The translations under genes were made by a program, and so were the position numbers. Positions 50,372 to 60,169 of a stretch of DNA of 64,000 nt are shown piece after piece (the stretch's first letter is position 1; every line of letters begins with the position of its first letter). Location of the stretch: contig CAVSKA010000017.1 in the NCBI GenBank assembly GCA_963728315.1, positions 76,127 to 140,126 of the forward strand, in the 5' to 3' direction. Below the pieces are notes generated by a model, which saw only the letters and a list, made by a program, of their open reading frames with translations, was not told the origin of the DNA and ran no database searches. Source of the stretch: an uncultured Bacillales bacterium (GTDB lineage Bacteria > Bacillota > Bacilli > Bacillales > CAVSKA01).

Positions 50372-51601
50372 ATGGCTATAAAGGACTCAAAACATTTCCC
50401 ACTGTATATTTTAATGACGAATATGTTTATAGCAATGACTGGAATCGGATTAATCATCCCTATTATGCCTGCTGTTTTGAAAGAATTCGGGGTGGGTGGT
50501 CAAGTATATGGTCTATTAATCGCAACATTCGCCTTTGCTCAATTTATCTTCTCTCCAGTTGCAGGGACATTGTCCGATCGTTTCGGACGAAAAAAAATGA
50601 TCGTCATTGGATTAATTTTGTTTGGTAGCTCCCAACTTGTTTTTGGACTTTCAAATGTTGTGTGGCTTTTATTTGTGTCCAGAATGTTAGGTGGTCTAGG
50701 TGCTGCCTTCATGGTGCCTTCTATGATGGCGTATGTAGCAGATGTAACGACGATGAAAGATCGTGCGAAAGGAATGGGAAGACTAGGAGCAGCGATGTCG
50801 CTAGGCTTTGTAATTGGCCCAGGAATCGGAGGCTTTCTAGCTGTTTTTGGATTAAGAGCTCCATTTTTTATTGCAGCTGGTGTAGCAGGAATCGCAGCGA
50901 TTGCTTCTTTTTTCTTTTTACCAGAAACAAGAAACCAATCCTTTATTCAAAAAAACATGGCAATTGGCCAAAAAGGAGATCATCTCTTTAAACAATTGGC
51001 ACGATCCGTGAAAACCCCCTATTTTGTTTTATTAATTATGATGCTTACGATGTCTTTTGGGTTAGCTAATTTTCAATCAACGATCAATTTGTTTGTTAAC
51101 TTTAAATTTGGTTTTGATCCTGTAGACATTTCTATTTTAATGGTGACGGGGGGACTAATCGGGGTAATCGTCCAAGCTTTTGTTTTGGACAGACTCTTTA
51201 GAAGGTTTGGGGAAATACCCGTTATTCATGTAACACTTGTTGTAGCAGCGCTGGCTTTTATTGGTCTACTGTTTACTGTTGGGTTTTGGTCGGTGCTAAC
51301 TGTCTCTGTTTTCTTCTTTACTGCTGCATCTTTATTACGACCAGCGATTAATACGATGGTTTCAAAAATGGCAGGGGAAGAGCAGGGATTTGCAGCGGGA
51401 ATGAACAATGCATATATGAGCATTGGAAATATGGTAGGTCCTGCGCTTGCAGGTATGCTTTTTGATATCAACATGGGATTACCTTATATCGTAGGTGCGA
51501 TTATTGTCATGATTTGCTTTGTTATTAGCACTCGATGGGCTCGTCACCATCGTCTATCTGAAAATCGTGCAATTGGCTATCGCAGTCAAACAGTACGGTA
51601 A
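50372..51601 (+). CDS. MFS transporter (drug:H+ antiporter-like, 12 TM)
   Basis: Motif A GTLSDRFGRKKM between TM2 and TM3. ATG 50372 is favoured over the track start at 50315. Confidence 0.85.
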   Translation: MAIKDSKHFPLYILMTNMFIAMTGIGLIIPIMPAVLKEFGVGGQVYGLLIATFAFAQFIFSPVAGTLSDRFGRKKMIVIGLILFGSSQLVFGLSNVVWLLFVSRMLGGLGAAFMVPSMMAYVADVTTMKDRAKGMGRLGAAMSLGFVIGPGIGGFLAVFGLRAPFFIAAGVAGIAAIASFFFLPETRNQSFIQKNMAIGQKGDHLFKQLARSVKTPYFVLLIMMLTMSFGLANFQSTINLFVNFKFGFDPVDISILMVTGGLIGVIVQAFVLDRLFRRFGEIPVIHVTLVVAALAFIGLLFTVGFWSVLTVSVFFFTAASLLRPAINTMVSKMAGEEQGFAAGMNNAYMSIGNMVGPALAGMLFDINMGLPYIVGAIIVMICFVISTRWARHHRLSENRAIGYRSQTVR

Positions 51602-51606
51602 ACCTT

Positions 51607-51645
51607 AAAAAGCTGACACTTTCAAAAGAAAGTGTCAGCTTTTTT
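51607..51645 (+). terminator. intrinsic terminator after the MFS gene
   Basis: AAAAAGCTGACACTTTC-AAAA-GAAAGTGTCAGCTTTTTT. Confidence 0.9.
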
Positions 51646-51704
51646 AACAAGAAAGTATAAATTTTTTCGGGGAAGTTTTTTGAATCTAGTCTTCAATCAC
51701 TAAT

Positions 51705-52174
51705 GGCTTATGTACACAGGGCAAAGAACATGTCGCATCCACAACAATAGATTTCCTATGACTTATACTCGTATTTATATTCCAAGAGGGCTTTTAAAGA
51801 TTGAAAATCTGCAAATGAAAAAGGAACACTCAGATTCGAAATCAACAAGACGATTTTTGTCCTCATCTTTAAAGCGAAGTTGTATAAGACCATTCTTTTA
51901 CACCTTTACTAAAAGGTAGTGGAAGGCAGCGACTCCGGCGGGAACAGCGCGAGCTGAAAGCCCCGCAGGAACGCAGTGACAAGGAGATTGAAGCCGTGCC
52001 CGCGGAACGCGTCTGCCTGGAACAGAAATCAATAACTTATACTCGTATTTATATTCCAAGAGGGCTTTTTCAACTGCCCCCGTGGTTTTTCACAAAGAGG
52101 CTCCACCGTTCGACCGCGGAAAGCGAATTGTTTTGCTGAATGCAGAAAAATCAACATGAACGTATAACATAGCC
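51705..52174 (+). mobile_element. family-B element, rearranged copy B3
   Basis: The right arm is intact (..ccgcggaaagcgaattgttttgctgaatgcagaaaaatcaacatgaacgtataacatagcc). The left end GGCTTATGTACAC.. is diverged. An exact 35-bp direct duplication lies at 51761-51795 and 52035-52069. Confidence 0.75.
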
Positions 52175-52262
52175 TTCCAAATAATAAATAAAGGATAATT
52201 ACCTTATAAAATAGAAATCAAATAGAACGAACATATCATTGCAAAGAAGAAAGGAATAAATA

Positions 52263-52742
52263 ATGAAGATAAGGCTTTCGCTATTTGAAAAAGAGCATGA
52301 ATTAAGACTAAAGCATTTTCAATTACCAGCAGCTCAATTGGAATTCACAGCGCTACCTGTTGAAGCATTAGCGGTTGCAGGCAGCGACCTACATCGTCAT
52401 TCTGTGGTTGTGTTAAGAGAGGAAATACCTGTAGGTTTTTTTGTTTTGAGTGATGGTCTAGATACGAAAGAATACACAGATCATCAGAATGCTTTTATTC
52501 TAAGAGCATTTTCAATTGATTACAAAGAACAAAAAAAAGGGTTTGCGAAAGAAGCACTTTATTTGTTACCTGATTTTGTGCGAGAAAATTTTAGTGAGAA
52601 AAGAGAAATAGTATTAGCAGTAAACGATCGAAACATCGCTGCCCGCAAACTTTACATGAAACAAGGTTTCGTCGATAAAGGAAAAAGAAAGATGGGAAGA
52701 AAAGGGGAACAATGGATTTTGCATCTGGATTTATCAAAATAG
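52263..52742 (+). CDS. GNAT-family acetyltransferase
   Basis: 159 aa with the EQKKGFAKEAL motif. Confidence 0.75.
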   Translation: MKIRLSLFEKEHELRLKHFQLPAAQLEFTALPVEALAVAGSDLHRHSVVVLREEIPVGFFVLSDGLDTKEYTDHQNAFILRAFSIDYKEQKKGFAKEALYLLPDFVRENFSEKREIVLAVNDRNIAARKLYMKQGFVDKGKRKMGRKGEQWILHLDLSK

Positions 52743-52856
52743 AAAATATTCGAAGTGGTGAGTAATTTAAATCAAGGCTAGTATAAGTCTGACTGCATGA
52801 CTAATTCGCTTTTTTAACATTTCTTTCTTCTCTGATAGCGTTTCTTTTACAAAAAA

Positions 52857-52882
52857 AGACTGTCGAAATTTCTCGACAGTCT
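52857..52882 (-). terminator. intrinsic terminator of the yceI-like gene
   Basis: AGACTGTCGA-AATTTC-TCGACAGTCT with a T-run on the minus strand. Confidence 0.8.
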
Positions 52883-52913
52883 AAAAACGTACATTAAAGA
52901 TACTTTTCTTATA

Positions 52914-53447
52914 TTAAGCTTGTTTCGCAGCTTGCACTTGAAGAGAAATTTTAATTTGATCCCCTACTAGTACGCCACCAGTTTCTAAAGCAGCATTATA
53001 GGTTAAGCCATATTCAGAGCGGTTGATTTTCCCCTCAGCACTGAAGCCAACCTTTTCGTTACCCCATGGATCTTTCCCTTGACCTTCAAATGTAACAGTA
53101 AAAGTTTCAGGACGTGTTACACCATGAAGAGTAAGATCTCCAGTTACGCTATATTCATCTTCGTCTTTTTTAACAATATTTTTTGATTTAAAAGTAAGTG
53201 TAGGGTGATTTTCTACATCAAAGAAATCTGCAGAGCGTAAATGATTATCACGGTCTGTGTTACGTGTATCAACACTTTCCATTTTTACTGTGAACTCAAT
53301 ATCAGCAGTTGTTAAATCGGTTGGATCTGCATCAATGACTGCATCAAAATCATGAAAAGCCCCTTTAACCTTTGAGATCATCATGTGTTTTACAGAAAAA
53401 TCTACGCTACTGTGTGTTGCATCTACAGCCCATTTTGTGTTTGTCAT
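52914..53447 (-). CDS. YceI-family (polyisoprenoid-binding lipocalin-like) protein
   Basis: KWAVDATHSSVDFSVKHMMISKVKG.. is typical of the YceI domain. GGAGG RBS before ATG 53447. Confidence 0.85.
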   Translation of the reverse strand: MTNTKWAVDATHSSVDFSVKHMMISKVKGAFHDFDAVIDADPTDLTTADIEFTVKMESVDTRNTDRDNHLRSADFFDVENHPTLTFKSKNIVKKDEDEYSVTGDLTLHGVTRPETFTVTFEGQGKDPWGNEKVGFSAEGKINRSEYGLTYNAALETGGVLVGDQIKISLQVQAAKQA

Positions 53448-53911
53448 TATTCTTTCCTCCAATGTTTGTGTTATTAAGTTACTTTAGGTAAGTAACTATT
53501 CTTATTAAAGTAAGTATATTGAATTCGAGATATTTTGTCAACAAAATTATTTCGACCATTTTCAAGATGTTTTTTTAATGGATTGCGTCTTTCCAACGAA
53601 AGGCCTAATTTTCTATTTTTCGTCGCTTCTTTTTCTTAATGCACTATGGAATAAACGAAAATCTCTTACTAACAGTAAGGAAAAGAGGCAGTCGTAACCC
53701 AATAGAGAAGCGCGGGTGAGAAGGGTCGGTGATTCGTTTGCTGGATAACAACGTGCTTATAGTGAAACAAGTCTTTTTGTAATAACCCACCTTAATAGTG
53801 AATAGATGAAAAATTGAAAATAAAATTTTGTTAAATATTTTGAAAATTTAATGTGGAAATTTTATGAAAATAATATACAATTAAATACTGACGTAAGGGG
53901 GACTTATTCGT

Positions 53912-55651
53912 ATGAATTTATTGAAATCAACGCTTCATCATTTTCGGCCATATTGGAAAGGATTAATCCTTGCTTTCCTATGTGCCATTATTAGCGGGGT
54001 CTTTACCATTATTCCGCCGATTCTAGCTGGAAAACTAGTGGACGAAGTTATTCCAATGAAAATGACAAATTTGATTGGCTGGCTGATTGCTGGGGTCATG
54101 TTCGCTTTTCTTTTCAAGGTATTATTTGAATCACTTCAAGAGTTTATTCAAGTAAGAATTGGTTTAGATGTGATTACGGATATGCAGATGAGGGCTTTCA
54201 GAAGATTACACCGGACACCAATGTCGTTTTTTACGACGACACCTCGTGGAGATATGTTGTTTAGATTAACACACGATGTTGAATCGATTCAAAATTTAAA
54301 TAACACAGTCATTCCAAGATTTATTCAACAACTAATCAGTGCAATTGCTGCTTTTATTGCTGTTTTTGCTTTATTTTGGCCAGCTGCTGTGGTTATGTTT
54401 GTTGTCTTTGCTATTTATTTATTTCCTTCTTTTAAACTAGGAACAAAAGTTAGAAAAATGAGTGCCATTCAGCGTGATATGAGTGCTGATATGTATCATC
54501 ATCTTCAAGAGAGTATTGAATCTGTTCGACTCATACGGACTTTTCACACACAAGAATATGAAGTATCTAAACAGGAAGAGAAATTATCTGCTTGGAAAAA
54601 GCTTTCAATTCGAGCGGCGATCATTGGGAAAGTGAATTGGAGACTTGGGAACTTATTTAATATTGCCACTCCAGGAGTCGTGATGTTAATCGGCGGATTT
54701 GCCATATGGCGTGGAGATATTACAGTGGGAACACTAATAGCAAGTCTTGCATACATTCCAATCATGTTTCTTCCTATTCGTTCTTTAGCGGAAAATGCTT
54801 TAACGATTCAACAAGCGATTCCTGCGTTGCAACGTATTTTTGAGTATTTTGACTTGCCAGAAGAACACGAAGAGAATTTACCTATGATTGGAGAAATAAA
54901 GGGCCATTTAAGTCTCGGGAATATTTGGTTTCGGTATCCGGGCACAGAACACTCTGTCTTAAAAGGTGTGGATATAGAAGTAAAAGAAGGACATCATCTT
55001 GGAATCGTTGGAACAAGTGGAGGAGGAAAAAGCACTTTAATTCAGATTCTACTTGGCCTTTATTCTCCTGAACAAGGTTCTGTACGTATTGATGGCCATG
55101 ATTTAGCAAATTTTAATCGCAATTCATTCAGAAAACAAGTGGGTGTCGTTTCACAAGAAACCTTTTTATTGAACAACACTCTTCGAACGAACCTTTTATA
55201 TGGTAGGCCAGATGCTTCCCAAGCATTGCTAGATGCAGCTGTTGAGGCGGCTGGACTAACTGAATTAATTGAGTCATTAGAAGAAGGCTACGAAACCATT
55301 GTAGGAGAACGTGGTTTGAAGCTTTCCGGTGGTCAGCGCCAAAGAGTCGCGTTAGCTCGTGCCATCTTAAGACATCCTAAAGTATTGATTTTTGACGAAG
55401 CGACTTCTTCATTAGATGGAGAAACAGAAGAAAGAGTTCAATCTGCATTAGCTGAGTTAATACCAGGCAGAACAACGATTACAATTGCACACCGTCTTGT
55501 TACGGTTCGAAACGCGGATTGTATTATTCTTTTAGACAAAGGGATCGTTGCTGAAAAAGGAACTCATGAAGAACTTCTTGAAATGAGAGGGCAGTACTAC
55601 GAACTCTATATGGCACAATATCAAGAGTTTGGGAAAGAAGGTGTCATATGA
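53912..55651 (+). CDS. ABC exporter, fused TMD-NBD half transporter (subunit 1)
   Basis: Six TM helices plus an NBD: Walker A GTSGGGKST, signature LSGGQRQR, Walker B LIFDEATS. Confidence 0.9.
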   Translation: MNLLKSTLHHFRPYWKGLILAFLCAIISGVFTIIPPILAGKLVDEVIPMKMTNLIGWLIAGVMFAFLFKVLFESLQEFIQVRIGLDVITDMQMRAFRRLHRTPMSFFTTTPRGDMLFRLTHDVESIQNLNNTVIPRFIQQLISAIAAFIAVFALFWPAAVVMFVVFAIYLFPSFKLGTKVRKMSAIQRDMSADMYHHLQESIESVRLIRTFHTQEYEVSKQEEKLSAWKKLSIRAAIIGKVNWRLGNLFNIATPGVVMLIGGFAIWRGDITVGTLIASLAYIPIMFLPIRSLAENALTIQQAIPALQRIFEYFDLPEEHEENLPMIGEIKGHLSLGNIWFRYPGTEHSVLKGVDIEVKEGHHLGIVGTSGGGKSTLIQILLGLYSPEQGSVRIDGHDLANFNRNSFRKQVGVVSQETFLLNNTLRTNLLYGRPDASQALLDAAVEAAGLTELIESLEEGYETIVGERGLKLSGGQRQRVALARAILRHPKVLIFDEATSSLDGETEERVQSALAELIPGRTTITIAHRLVTVRNADCIILLDKGIVAEKGTHEELLEMRGQYYELYMAQYQEFGKEGVI

Positions 55652-57429
55652 GTCGAAAAAATAGTATATCCCAAAAAAGTGGTGATGGAAAAAGGGTTCT
55701 ATCCTTCTTGCGTCCTCATAAAAAATGGGTGTTTGCAGACTCATTTGTGATTGCGTTAAGTCAAGTGTTTTCAGCGCTTATTCCAACGCTTGCTATGAGT
55801 TGGCTTGTCGATAGCATCTTGCCGGGTCATTCAAACCATTTATTATGGGGGTTAATGTGGCTATTAATCATATCAGCGGTTTTTGATTTAACTCTGATGG
55901 TGATTGACGAGTATTTTTGTCATCATGTTGCAAAATCGGTCACGAATTGGCAAAAGCTTCGTCTATTCAGTCACCTGCAAATTATGCCTTTTTCGTATTT
56001 TCATCATAATCAATCGGGTGAATTACTTGCCCGTGTATCAGATGATCCTGACACACTTCACAGCTTTCTCGCGTGGGAAGGCTCAACCTTTATGGCATCC
56101 GTCCAAGGGGTTATCATCTATTGTATTGTTTTACTATTTATTCACCCTTATTTAATGATCACAAGCCTTGTACTTGGTCTTATTTTTTATTGGACTTCAA
56201 ATGTCGTCGGAGCAAGAACTCGTCTAGCTTCTGCCAATGCTAGAAAAGAAGCCTCGCGCTACTTAGAGAGACTTCGTGAGTCCGTAACGGGTATTCATTT
56301 ATCAAGAGTTCTAGGCGTTTCAGATAGTGAAGTAGACAGTGTAATTGAAATTCGAAAATCATTTGTTAAAGAATCACGAACAGAGCTCTTGGCCAGGATG
56401 CAATCGGTTGTAGTGATTGGTAGCTATAATGGCCTTGCCCTTGCGGCTGTTTATGGAATCAGTGCTTGGTTAATTTGGGATGGCAAATTGACAACCGGGC
56501 AAATGCTAACAGCAGCAGGCCTTGTGACAATTGCTGCAAATGAAATGCAGCGAATGCTTAGAACTTGGTTGTCTGTTAGAAGAACAGGTCCTGCATTGGA
56601 TCGTTCAGAACTATTATTGGAAGAGCCTGCTTCACCAATTGAAACAACAGAGGGTCTTACATTAGATCGATTAAAAGGGGAGTTAAAAGTCTCGAATGTT
56701 GCTTTTGCTTACCCAGGAAAAAAAGAAAAGGTTCTCAAACAATTATCCTTTCATGTTAATCCAGGAGAGTCAGTGGCCCTCGTTGGACCAAGTGGATCTG
56801 GAAAATCTACGATTGTTGATTTATTACTTAGATTGTATGACCCGGAACAGGGCTCGATTTCGATCGATGGCCATGAAATTACAGATTTAAATGCGGGCTG
56901 GCTTCGCTCGCAAATCGCAATGGTTTCTCAAGATGTTCAATTAAGGAACGGAACGCTTGCAGAAAATTTAAGAATTGGAAATCGAGAAGCAACGGATGAA
57001 GAGCTATTAAAAGCCATTCAAGACAGTGGACTCCAAGAATATTATGATGCACTTGCATTTGGTTTAGAAACACCTGTTGGTGAAAGAGGAGGTCTACTAT
57101 CGGGTGGACAAAAACAACGCTTATCATTAGCAAGAGCGTTGGTTAAGGATGCACCGATTCTCGTTTTAGATGAAGCGAGCTCTGCCCTTGATCCGATTAC
57201 CGAAATACTAATTAATCAGGCGATTAAGGAAAGAAAATCGAAACAAAGTGTGATCGTTATTTCTCATCGATTATCAACTGTATTATCGACAGATCGAATT
57301 GTAGTAATGGAGAACGGAGTCGTGATTGAGGAAGGACTACATGAGCAGTTATTAAAAACAGATAATGGGGTCTATTCACGACTCTTTAAGAGAGAATCGG
57401 ATATTGGTGGAACCATTGTAAATGTATGA
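55648..57429 (+). CDS. ABC exporter, fused TMD-NBD half transporter (subunit 2)
   Basis: Walker A GPSGSGKST, signature LSGGQKQR, Walker B LVLDEASS. The ATGA overlap with the upstream gene suggests a heterodimer. Confidence 0.9.
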   Translation: MSRKNSISQKSGDGKRVLSFLRPHKKWVFADSFVIALSQVFSALIPTLAMSWLVDSILPGHSNHLLWGLMWLLIISAVFDLTLMVIDEYFCHHVAKSVTNWQKLRLFSHLQIMPFSYFHHNQSGELLARVSDDPDTLHSFLAWEGSTFMASVQGVIIYCIVLLFIHPYLMITSLVLGLIFYWTSNVVGARTRLASANARKEASRYLERLRESVTGIHLSRVLGVSDSEVDSVIEIRKSFVKESRTELLARMQSVVVIGSYNGLALAAVYGISAWLIWDGKLTTGQMLTAAGLVTIAANEMQRMLRTWLSVRRTGPALDRSELLLEEPASPIETTEGLTLDRLKGELKVSNVAFAYPGKKEKVLKQLSFHVNPGESVALVGPSGSGKSTIVDLLLRLYDPEQGSISIDGHEITDLNAGWLRSQIAMVSQDVQLRNGTLAENLRIGNREATDEELLKAIQDSGLQEYYDALAFGLETPVGERGGLLSGGQKQRLSLARALVKDAPILVLDEASSALDPITEILINQAIKERKSKQSVIVISHRLSTVLSTDRIVVMENGVVIEEGLHEQLLKTDNGVYSRLFKRESDIGGTIVNV

Positions 57430-57439
57430 TGAATATTCA

Positions 57440-57483
57440 CTAAGAAGAGAGGGATCGTTTTTCATGATCTCCTCTCTTCTTAG
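57440..57483 (+). terminator. hairpin after the ABC operon
   Basis: CTAAGAAGAGAGGGATC..GATCTCCTCTCTTCTTAG with a weak T-tract. Confidence 0.6.
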
Positions 57484-57901
57484 TATTCGTCCTATAATAA
57501 TTGATTAGTAGTTGACTATGAAGCGTTAGTGGATTGTTTAAGGGAACACTTAACATCTAAAACGACAGAAGCCCTTCCTCTCTTCCATCCTTGCGATTCC
57601 TAGATCGCGCCAGTGTGAATTAGATGTTCCATTGTGTAAGGAGTAATGAAATATTTTAATGTCGTTTTTTCATAGTTATAGAGAACATTCATTTGTGCGT
57701 AGAGTAATTTTGAGGTGTACAAAGAAAGAACGTTTGTACCAAGAATAAATTGGAGATTTGATTTTGCTGAGTAACAAAAGTTCATTTTCTACGCTTGTTC
57801 AATGATCGTCTGCTTATAACGAACACTCTTTCTATTCCTGTATTTTGTTATTTATAAACCTCTATTTTGAGCGGGAATGTTTTTTTGTAAATTTAATGAA
57901 T

Positions 57902-57948
57902 AAAACAGACGAGAATTTTAATATTCTCGTCTGTTTTATAATTTTGGT
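57902..57948. terminator. bidirectional terminator-like hairpin
   Basis: AAAACAGACGAGAAT-N6-ATTCTCGTCTGTTTT flanked by A- and T-runs. Confidence 0.75.
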
Positions 57949-58140
57949 TGTATGAATGACTTTTGTTGATTTTATCGTTTCATTTTCGTGTTAGAAGATC
58001 TGACTTTCAATCTAACTGGTCTAGTTATTTTTCAACAAATGATGGTGCATGCACTCTGAATAGAGAAGCCGTAAAAGGATAGAGCTTAACTGCTTTTTAG
58101 CAAATAATGCTCTTTTTTCATTAACGAATCTAAAGCGAGG

Positions 58141-58473
58141 CTAGGAAGGTGAGGGAGCATCATCAAGTTCCATCCAGTCATGCGACCAGCTTTCAATCCC
58201 CCGAATAATCTGCTCCATGGCTAGCCCTTTTGCTGTTAGAGAGTATTCGATTCTCACTGGTGTTTCAGGGTAGACATCTCTTTGAACAATTCCTTCGTGT
58301 TCAAGGTCTTTAAGCCGTTCAGATAAAAGACGACCGCTAATTGGCATTGAAGATTCAATGGCACAAAAGCGTTTCGGTCCTGTGAGTAATTGATAAATAA
58401 TAAAACCTGTCCAACGTTGACTAAGAATTTTCATTCCTTTTTCAAAACGAGGACAAAGTGTGTGTTTATCCAT
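58141..58473 (-). CDS. HxlR-family winged-helix transcriptional regulator
   Basis: 110 aa. CPRFEKGMKILSQRWTGFIIYQL..RFCAIE..ISGRLLSERLKDLE is typical of the HxlR (DUF24) family. Confidence 0.85.
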   Translation of the reverse strand: MDKHTLCPRFEKGMKILSQRWTGFIIYQLLTGPKRFCAIESSMPISGRLLSERLKDLEHEGIVQRDVYPETPVRIEYSLTAKGLAMEQIIRGIESWSHDWMELDDAPSPS

Positions 58474-58555
58474 TTTTATTCACCTCGGTTCAAACATGTT
58501 TGTTTACTTTCATCCATTAGAGAAAGATGATTCTTTATTCCTATTATACAACACC

Positions 58556-58574
58556 TACTTACAAAAAGTAAGTG
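58556..58574. promoter_or_regulatory. inverted repeat in the hxlR / hydrolase divergent region
   Basis: TACTTAC-AAAAA-GTAAGTG. Confidence 0.4.
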
Positions 58575-58661
58575 AGTGGTTTTTAAAACACTTTACTGAT
58601 CATAACAAATTTTTGTAGAGAGAGGATAGGGAAATAAATATTAATATAAGGAGTGTAGAAA

Positions 58662-59504
58662 ATGGTATGGAAAAAAGAAATGATTGATACACAGAGAGGT
58701 TCGTTTGAGGTGTTTAGAAAGGGGGAAGGACTCCCTCTTTGCATTACACACCTGTATTCAGAATTTAATGAGACTGGTGACTATTTTGCTGAAACATTTA
58801 CTGAGAATCACCAAGTAATCTTAGTTAATCTTCGTGAAGCAGGAGGCTCACCAGGAGTAGAAGGGCACCATCAATTAAGTATGATTGAAACGGTAATTGA
58901 CCTTGAGGGAGTAAGGGAAAGCTTAGGTTATAAAACATGGAGCTTTGCTGGACATTCAACAGGTGGAATGCTGGGAATAATGTACGGAATCTATTCTTCG
59001 GATTCACTAGATCAACTAGTACTAGTTGGCACAGCAGCTAGAGACTACACTAGGTCTGAAATGTGCATCTATCACACTCAACATCCAAATTACACCTATA
59101 TGCAGGATTTGATTGAATTGTTAAAACAGCCACAGCTTACTTCAGAAAAGAGAAAGGAAATAACCAAAAAAAGAACGATGTTATCGCTCTATCAATCGAA
59201 CGATTATGATCACTATTTTTCTAATCAAATTCAGAAAAAAATGGCTGTAAGTCGAATGGATTTCTTTGCAAGGGAACTATATTTATTCGATCTAACGCGA
59301 AAGTTGCATGAGATAAAAGTAAAAACATTCATTATGTGTGGAATTCACGACGTTCAGTGTCCATATCCATTTTCAGAAGAATTACATGAAGGTATCAAAG
59401 GCTCAAAGCTTGTTCTATTTTCAAAGAGCAATCATTATCCATTTCTCGAAGAAAAAGAAAAATTCTTAGAGGAATTGAAGAACTTTTTTCGAAATGAAAG
59501 ATAG
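58662..59504 (+). CDS. alpha/beta hydrolase
   Basis: Nucleophile elbow FAGHSTGG. Late HD..and NHYPF motifs. Confidence 0.8.
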   Translation: MVWKKEMIDTQRGSFEVFRKGEGLPLCITHLYSEFNETGDYFAETFTENHQVILVNLREAGGSPGVEGHHQLSMIETVIDLEGVRESLGYKTWSFAGHSTGGMLGIMYGIYSSDSLDQLVLVGTAARDYTRSEMCIYHTQHPNYTYMQDLIELLKQPQLTSEKRKEITKKRTMLSLYQSNDYDHYFSNQIQKKMAVSRMDFFARELYLFDLTRKLHEIKVKTFIMCGIHDVQCPYPFSEELHEGIKGSKLVLFSKSNHYPFLEEKEKFLEELKNFFRNER

Positions 59505-59517
59505 AGGTGATAGAAAA

Positions 59518-59970
59518 GTGGAAATTCGACAATTGGGATCACATGAATCACTTCCGTTGTCTTTATTGTTATTAGCAGACCCATCAGAAAAACTGATAAG
59601 AAAATAGGTAAGCAGAGGGGAAGTATTTGTCGCCGAAGATGGCGATGAAACAATCGGAGTGGTTGTATTGCTAGATACTAGACCTGGAACAATTGAACTT
59701 GTTAACGTTGCAGTAATTGAGCGTCTTCAAGGAAGGGGTTTAGGAAAAACACTTGTGAAGTATGCAATTGAAATAGGTCGAAACAATGGATATTAATTGA
59801 TGGAGATCGGTACAGGGAACTCTAGTGTGAATCAACTATCTCTTTATCAAAAATGTGGATTTCGCATAACCGGAATAGAGCATGATTACTTCACAAAGCA
59901 TTATGAAGAAGAAATTGTTGAAAACGGTCTTCTTTGTCGAGATATGATTCGGTTATCACTTGATCTTTAA
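59518..59970 (+). pseudogene. GNAT acetyltransferase with two in-frame nonsense codons
   Basis: A single frame runs from GTG 59518 to TAA 59968-59970, interrupted only by TAG 59605-59607 and TAA 59794-59796. The GNAT motif LQGRGLGKTLV is present. Confidence 0.8.
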
Positions 59971-59976
59971 AAAGAA

Positions 59977-60149
59977 GGCTATGTTAGCGAATGTTGTTGA
60001 TATAAAGCAAAAACTCTCACTAGTGGAAAAACGAGCGAGTCGAGACCCCACAGTAAATGGTTTTTCACGAGGAGGCTCGACCGTTCGTCCGCGGAAAGCG
60101 AGTTGTTTTGCTGAATGAAGAAAAATCAACATGATCATTTAACAAAGCC
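59977..60149 (+). mobile_element. family-B minimal element B5 (left arm + right arm only)
   Basis: GGCTATGTTAGCGAATGTTGTTGAT....ATCAACATGATCATTTAACAAAGCC. Flanked by perfect 8-bp direct repeats AAAAAGAA (59969-59976 and 60150-60157). Confidence 0.85.
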
Positions 60150-60169
60150 AAAAAGAAAGAAGGAAGACA

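Noticed and set aside
53640-53800. Possible riboswitch or T-box in the long leader of the ABC exporter (..gggtgagaagggtcggtgattcg..gctggataacaacg..).
   Set aside because: There is only a vague resemblance to TPP-element fragments. The diagnostic CTGAGA / ACCTGATCTGGATAATGCCAGC blocks are missing, as is the T-box sequence. A covariance-model scan (Rfam) would be needed.
57600-57785. 61-codon minus-strand ORF in the 700-bp gap after the ABC operon.
   Set aside because: It has no RBS, no recognisable family and an AT-rich context. It may be a gene remnant, but I cannot support a call.
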